DNA from: Selaginella moellendorffii
Taxonomy: Eukaryota; Plantae; Lycopodiophyta
DNA length: 64,000 bases
Assembly (NCBI RefSeq): GCF_000143415.4
Contig: NW_003314295.1
Coordinates: 504,125-568,124 of the forward strand
Reading direction: 5' to 3'
In this document: positions 59,528 through 64,000 of the stretch, one piece after another
Layout of the letters: each line of letters begins with the position of its first letter
Numbering within the stretch: position 1 is the first letter of the stretch
Position numbers and translations under genes: made by a program
Notes under the pieces: model-generated
Database searches by the model: none
What the model saw: the letters and a program-made list of their open reading frames with translations, nothing else
What the model was told of the DNA's origin: nothing

Positions 59528-60471
59528 GACTGCAACAGAGGTGGACTTTGAGGCAGAGTGAACTCGACCAATCGGGGAGGCTTCCTGGGACACACAGCTG
59601 CTTTGTGATTAGGATCAGCACAGTAGAGGCAAAGATTATGAGATATTCGACGTTGCCTCTCAGCAGGACTCAACTTCCCTCTAATGAGTCGGGGAGTACC
59701 AGAAATATCCATTGGGACCGGAGTAGTAGGTTCAGGACTATGCCCCGAAGACTCAAGCTGGGATTCCTGAGTCTGGGACAGAAAAACAGCGGCGCGGCGA
59801 CTTTCCTGACGACGTTCAAAGAGACGATTGTCACATCGAACAGCTTTGTTGATGGCGTCCGACAGATCCTTGGGATCCTCCATAGTGAGCAACAAATCCT
59901 TGACACCGTTGTTGAGGCCGAAACGAAATTGGTCAATCAGGGCCTGCTCATCCCACTGAGTGTCCAAGGCAAGGAGTTGGAACTCTGCAGCGTAGATTGA
60001 GGCAGGACGAGACCCCTGAGAGAGACGTCTCATCTTTGTGGTAGCAGCCCGAACCCGATCCGTCTCGCCAAAACATGCTTCGAGCTTCTCTTTGAACAAT
60101 TGAAGATCCATCAGCTCCGGAACCACGACCCCTTTCATGCTCTTCTCCAGAAGAGGAGAAAACCATGACAAAGCTGCACCCTCAAGCAACGTCCCAATCG
60201 CGCCGATTTGAGACTCGGGAGTGGGGTACCGCCGATGTTGAAGTGCAAAGATCAGCTCCATTTGGTTCAAAAATCCACGAAGCTCCGAACGCTTGCCTGA
60301 AAATTTCGCCGGGAAACTCACCTTCGGTTCAGGAACTTTGTTGGATCCTTGAGCCGAAAGTGAAGCAAGCTCCTGCTGCATGCGAAGAAGGGTCGCCTTC
60401 AGCTCGGTATTCTCAGACTGGATTTTTGCAAGGACTTCGGCAAAGAAATCAGGATGGCTTGGAGACTCCAT
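59500..60471 (-). CDS. gag of nested chromovirus
   Basis: PEPKVSFPAKFSG.., CLYCADPNHKAAVC; ATG at 60471. Confidence 0.85.
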   Translation of the reverse strand: MESPSHPDFFAEVLAKIQSENTELKATLLRMQQELASLSAQGSNKVPEPKVSFPAKFSGKRSELRGFLNQMELIFALQHRRYPTPESQIGAIGTLLEGAALSWFSPLLEKSMKGVVVPELMDLQLFKEKLEACFGETDRVRAATTKMRRLSQGSRPASIYAAEFQLLALDTQWDEQALIDQFRFGLNNGVKDLLLTMEDPKDLSDAINKAVRCDNRLFERRQESRRAAVFLSQTQESQLESSGHSPEPTTPVPMDISGTPRLIRGKLSPAERQRRISHNLCLYCADPNHKAAVCPRKPPRLVEFTLPQSPPLLQSGNDPVQTE

Positions 60472-63400
60472 TGGCAAGAAGAAAGAAAAGAAAGGGGGAA
60501 AAAGACAAAAGCAATCAAATAATCAAAACGAGCTAAAAGAAAAGCAAAAAGCACAATCTGAATCAAACTGTCAAGACCCCCAAGAAGATCAAGACTAGAA
60601 AATGCTAAAGACAAAGAGAAAAACTAGTGGAAACAAAGAAGAGGCCTTAGACTAGTGTTGATTCAGATTGTGGAGAAATGGAACAAGGCTAACCTATATA
60701 TACTATAGGTTGATGAAGCTCCACCACTCTTGGATCGAGGACGGCCTAAATATAGCTGAGGTCAAGGAGGCGCCACATCATCATCAGGAATATGGCTCGA
60801 GACTCAAGAATCGGGAAGTGTCTCGAGAGTCAGGAATAGGGAAGTGTCTCGAGAGTTAGGAATAGGGAAGTGTCTCGAGAGTCAAGAATGTGGTCTGCAG
60901 GTCAGGAATCCGGCGAGAGTCAGGAATGTGGCAAGAATTGGGGGATTCCTGACACTTTCCAGCGGATGATGGACGAGGTTCTTTGCGATATGCCGAAGGT
61001 GACTGCTGACTTCATTGATAATGTCTTGATCCACTCAAAGGGGACGTGGGAGGAGCACATTCGTGATGTTTGTAAAGTGTTGGATCGGCTACGCAACGTT
61101 GGTTTAAAGCTGAAGCAGTCAAAGTGCGTGTTTGGGTCCAAGGACACAACTTATCTTGGGTACCGTATTTCTCGTGAGGGTTTGCAAGTTGATCCTGACA
61201 AACTTATGGCTGTTCTAAAGTTCCTTACTCCGAAGTGTGTGAATGATGTGCAGCGCTTCTTGGGTAAGGTGCAGTATCTCGGTCGTTTTGTGGATCATCT
61301 TTCCGATTGCACTACACCATTGCGAGCATTGCTGAAGTCATCAACGTCATCTTTCATCTGGTCTCCGGATTGTGAGCGGGCGTTTGTGGATCTCAAAGAG
61401 CTATTGACGACTCCTTTGGTTTTGGCATATCCTGACTACACTCGACCTTTTATTTTGCGCATGGATGCTTCTGACATTGGTCTTGGAGGTGTGTTGATGC
61501 AAGAGAGCTCGAGTGTGCCTAGTTAGTGCCATTCCATTGCATACATAAGCCGTACATTACAACTAGCGGAGATGAACTACTCCACGACAGAGAAGGAGTG
61601 TTTAGTAGCAGTCTGGGGTTTTGAGAAACTTCATACATATCTACATGGTTCTCGGATGTTATTTGAAGGTGACCATGCTGCTGTTACTTCATTATTGAAA
61701 CGGAAGAACCTGGTTGGTCGTACGGCTCGATGGGCTTTGAAGCTTCAGATATATGATTTCGATGTTGTTCATCGCCCAGGGAGTTCTATGGCTAATGCTG
61801 ATGCCCTTTCTCGAGCTCCTCTTCCTTCTCCACTCACTTCTCATGTTTCTGACGAACCTGTTGTTCCAGCATCTGTGGATTTTCTAGATGAGGATTCTGT
61901 GCTGTCGGTGGTTGCTGTCCTTGATGTTCAGTGTCCACAAGACGCAGAGCAAGATCTACCTTCTCTTAATGAGGTTCGCGAGGCTAAAAATATTGAGCCG
62001 TGGATTTGAAGGCTTCGAGATGGGTTTGAGAATCCTGCCTCACTTGCTGATGACTTGCCTTTCCGGCATTTACATTCTCAATATTGCTTTGAAGATGGCC
62101 TTCTTTATTTTGTGGGGACGGATCTTGATGATCATTTACGGCTGGTGGTGCCTTCGGTGTTTATTCCGCGGTTTCTCCATGCCTACCATGATTCTCCTGT
62201 TCTAGGTGGGCATATAGGACACCGTCGTGTCACCGAGAAGCTACACAGGTCTTTCTATTGGCCGGAGATGCGACGTGATATTATCCGGTATGTGCATAAC
62301 TGTGTTTGGTGCCAAGCTCGTAATACTCCCCTTCGTGCTGCGGAAGGACGGTTGGAGTCAATTGTGGTTTCCCATCCGTTTGAGTTAGTGGCGTTTGATC
62401 TTATGGGACCTTTTCCACGGTCGACTGCTAGCAATGAGTATGTTATTATTGCTTCTGACTACTTGATTCGTTGGGTGGAAGTTGGTGCTTTTGCTAGCGC
62501 TTCTGCAACTGCTGTTGGCTACTTCCTCCTCAATCGAGTGGTGTTCCAGCATTCTTGTCCAGAGCGGATTCTTTCGGATAATGGTCCCGCATTTATGGCT
62601 GAGGCATTTCATGTTTTGACGTCTCGGTTGGGGATACGCCACACTTTCACGAGTGCTTATCATCCACAATCAGACGGTTTGGTGGAACGGCTCGTCCGGA
62701 CATTCAAAGGGATGATTGCGAAGTATGTGAACTTTCAGCATTCGGATTGGGATGGTTACTTGCCGTCTCTTTGGTATGCATATGTTACAGGGGTGCAGAG
62801 TTCTGTTGGTGCTTCACCATAAAAACTCCTATATGGTCATGATTCAATATTACCAATGGAGTTGGGTTTACCTTCGCGATTGCCATGAGCTACCGATGCT
62901 AGATCATGGGATCAGTATTTGACGAGCATTCTTCCACTTGTCCGAGCAGAGTCTGCTGAACACTTAGGCCGCGTACAAGTGGGACAACAACGGTGCTACA
63001 ACTCCCATCATCGTCCACCTACGGAGTACAAAGTGGATGATTTGGTGTTAGTTCATTTTCCCCATCTTACGGTATGTGGTTTATCTAAGGGGCTTCTTGC
63101 GCAATAGAAAGGACCGTATCGGGTGTTGCGGCAAGTTGGACCACAAGTTTATGAGGTTCGGTATGACGTTCAACAGGCCGATCCTCCAGAGATTGTGCAT
63201 GTGCAGCGGTTGAAACGCTTCGTACAAAGGGATCAGGAGGAGTTTATACCACCTACAGATCCACCAATGCCTCCTCCTGACGTTCCTCCGGATCCCGGCC
63301 CATCTTCAAGAGAACCTTGATGGCCTTCCATTATCCCGAGAGGAGGGGATGATGTGAGGGCCAAGTGTACGGTTACGATGCCGTATACTAATATTAGCGT

Positions 63401-63945
63401 AGTGGGATTTTGGTAGCCGTCAAATTAGTTTCAATCTGGACCACTTGCTCCTGTATATAAGCTAGGGTTTTTGGGCTAATTAATATGCACATTTCTGTAT
63501 TCCCTTTCCATATTCCATGCACTCACAAATCTAAATATTTTTCTATCAAATTTTATAAAAACAATTTGAAATAATAATTAGATTTTAACAATTCGACTCT
63601 ATATGGTAGTAGATTTACTTTGTTTTAATATAGCACTAATAAAAGCTGACATTTCCTTGACTATATAGTGGTTAGTTCTTTTTTGATTCATCATCCCTCT
63701 TAGGGTATGCTATGCCTCTCCAAACAGTAGTTGATTGATTGTAATGCCAAAAGTTTGCACCTCTAATTGCATTTTTTGCTTAGATGAATCTAATAAAATC
63801 TAAACCTTAAAATCTTAAATGTTAATTAAATAAAAGATATTTTATTTTTTAAATTACGTTTATTTAAACTGTAAAGGACCAATAAGTAAATAATTTTAAA
63901 TTTTATTTTATCTAAATTTAAAATATTTTGTTTAAAATATAGGTG

Positions 63946-63959
63946 TGTATGTATGTATG

Positions 63960-64000
<41 letters not shown>
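63946..64000. repeat. (GTAT)n/(TA)n microsatellite
   Basis: Direct inspection. Confidence 0.9.

Larger units (their letters stand above)
55357..60954 (-). mobile_element. nested Tcn1/Tf1-sushi-like chromovirus
   Basis: 386-bp LTRs 55357-55742 and 60569-60954; perfect TSD CTTTC; gag with CCHC knuckle; pol with LDSGAT, YLDD, RNase H and integrase; chromodomain ORF 55754..56038; no tRNA PBS. Confidence 0.93.
52886..63527 (+). mobile_element. Ty3/gypsy retrotransposon without a visible chromodomain, degenerate, with nested insertion
   Basis: 175-bp LTRs 52886-53060 and 63353-63527; PBS TGGTGGAGATG (tRNA-Ala-like); PPT GAGAGGAGGGGATGA; gag, PR (LVDTGS), RT interrupted at NAPATF|Q, RNase H, integrase; flanks AATT/AATC. 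Confidence 0.92.

Overview
Eukaryotic plant genomic DNA, very probably the lycophyte Selaginella (inferred from ~48-65 nt introns, tiny intergenic gaps, many PLS-class PPR genes and intronless microbial-type terpene synthases). 1-19 kb is gene-dense: a CaaX-box protein, a UDP-glycosyltransferase, a PLS PPR, an EF-hand protein divergent from an F-box/WD40 gene, a PMI1/PMIR-like C2 protein, a DUF1644 zinc-finger protein and a P-class PPR. 13-46 kb holds three copies of the block [P-PPR - microbial terpene synthase-like (MTPSL) - PLS-PPR - phosphopantothenate-cysteine ligase (PPCS)], separated by remnants of an old LTR element. Only MTPSL is intact in all three copies. The array also contains a precise 11.1-kb inversion, a full-length degenerate chromovirus, a 188-bp LTR mini-element whose LTR carries a tRNA-like cloverleaf, and a 58-bp tandem duplication in MTPSL copy 2 that looks like a newly born intron. 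46-53 kb is decayed AT-rich repeat. 53-63.5 kb is a Ty3/gypsy element with a nested chromovirus showing Tf1/Tcn1-style self-priming and a -1 frameshift signal. All calls were made by eye; no database searches were run.
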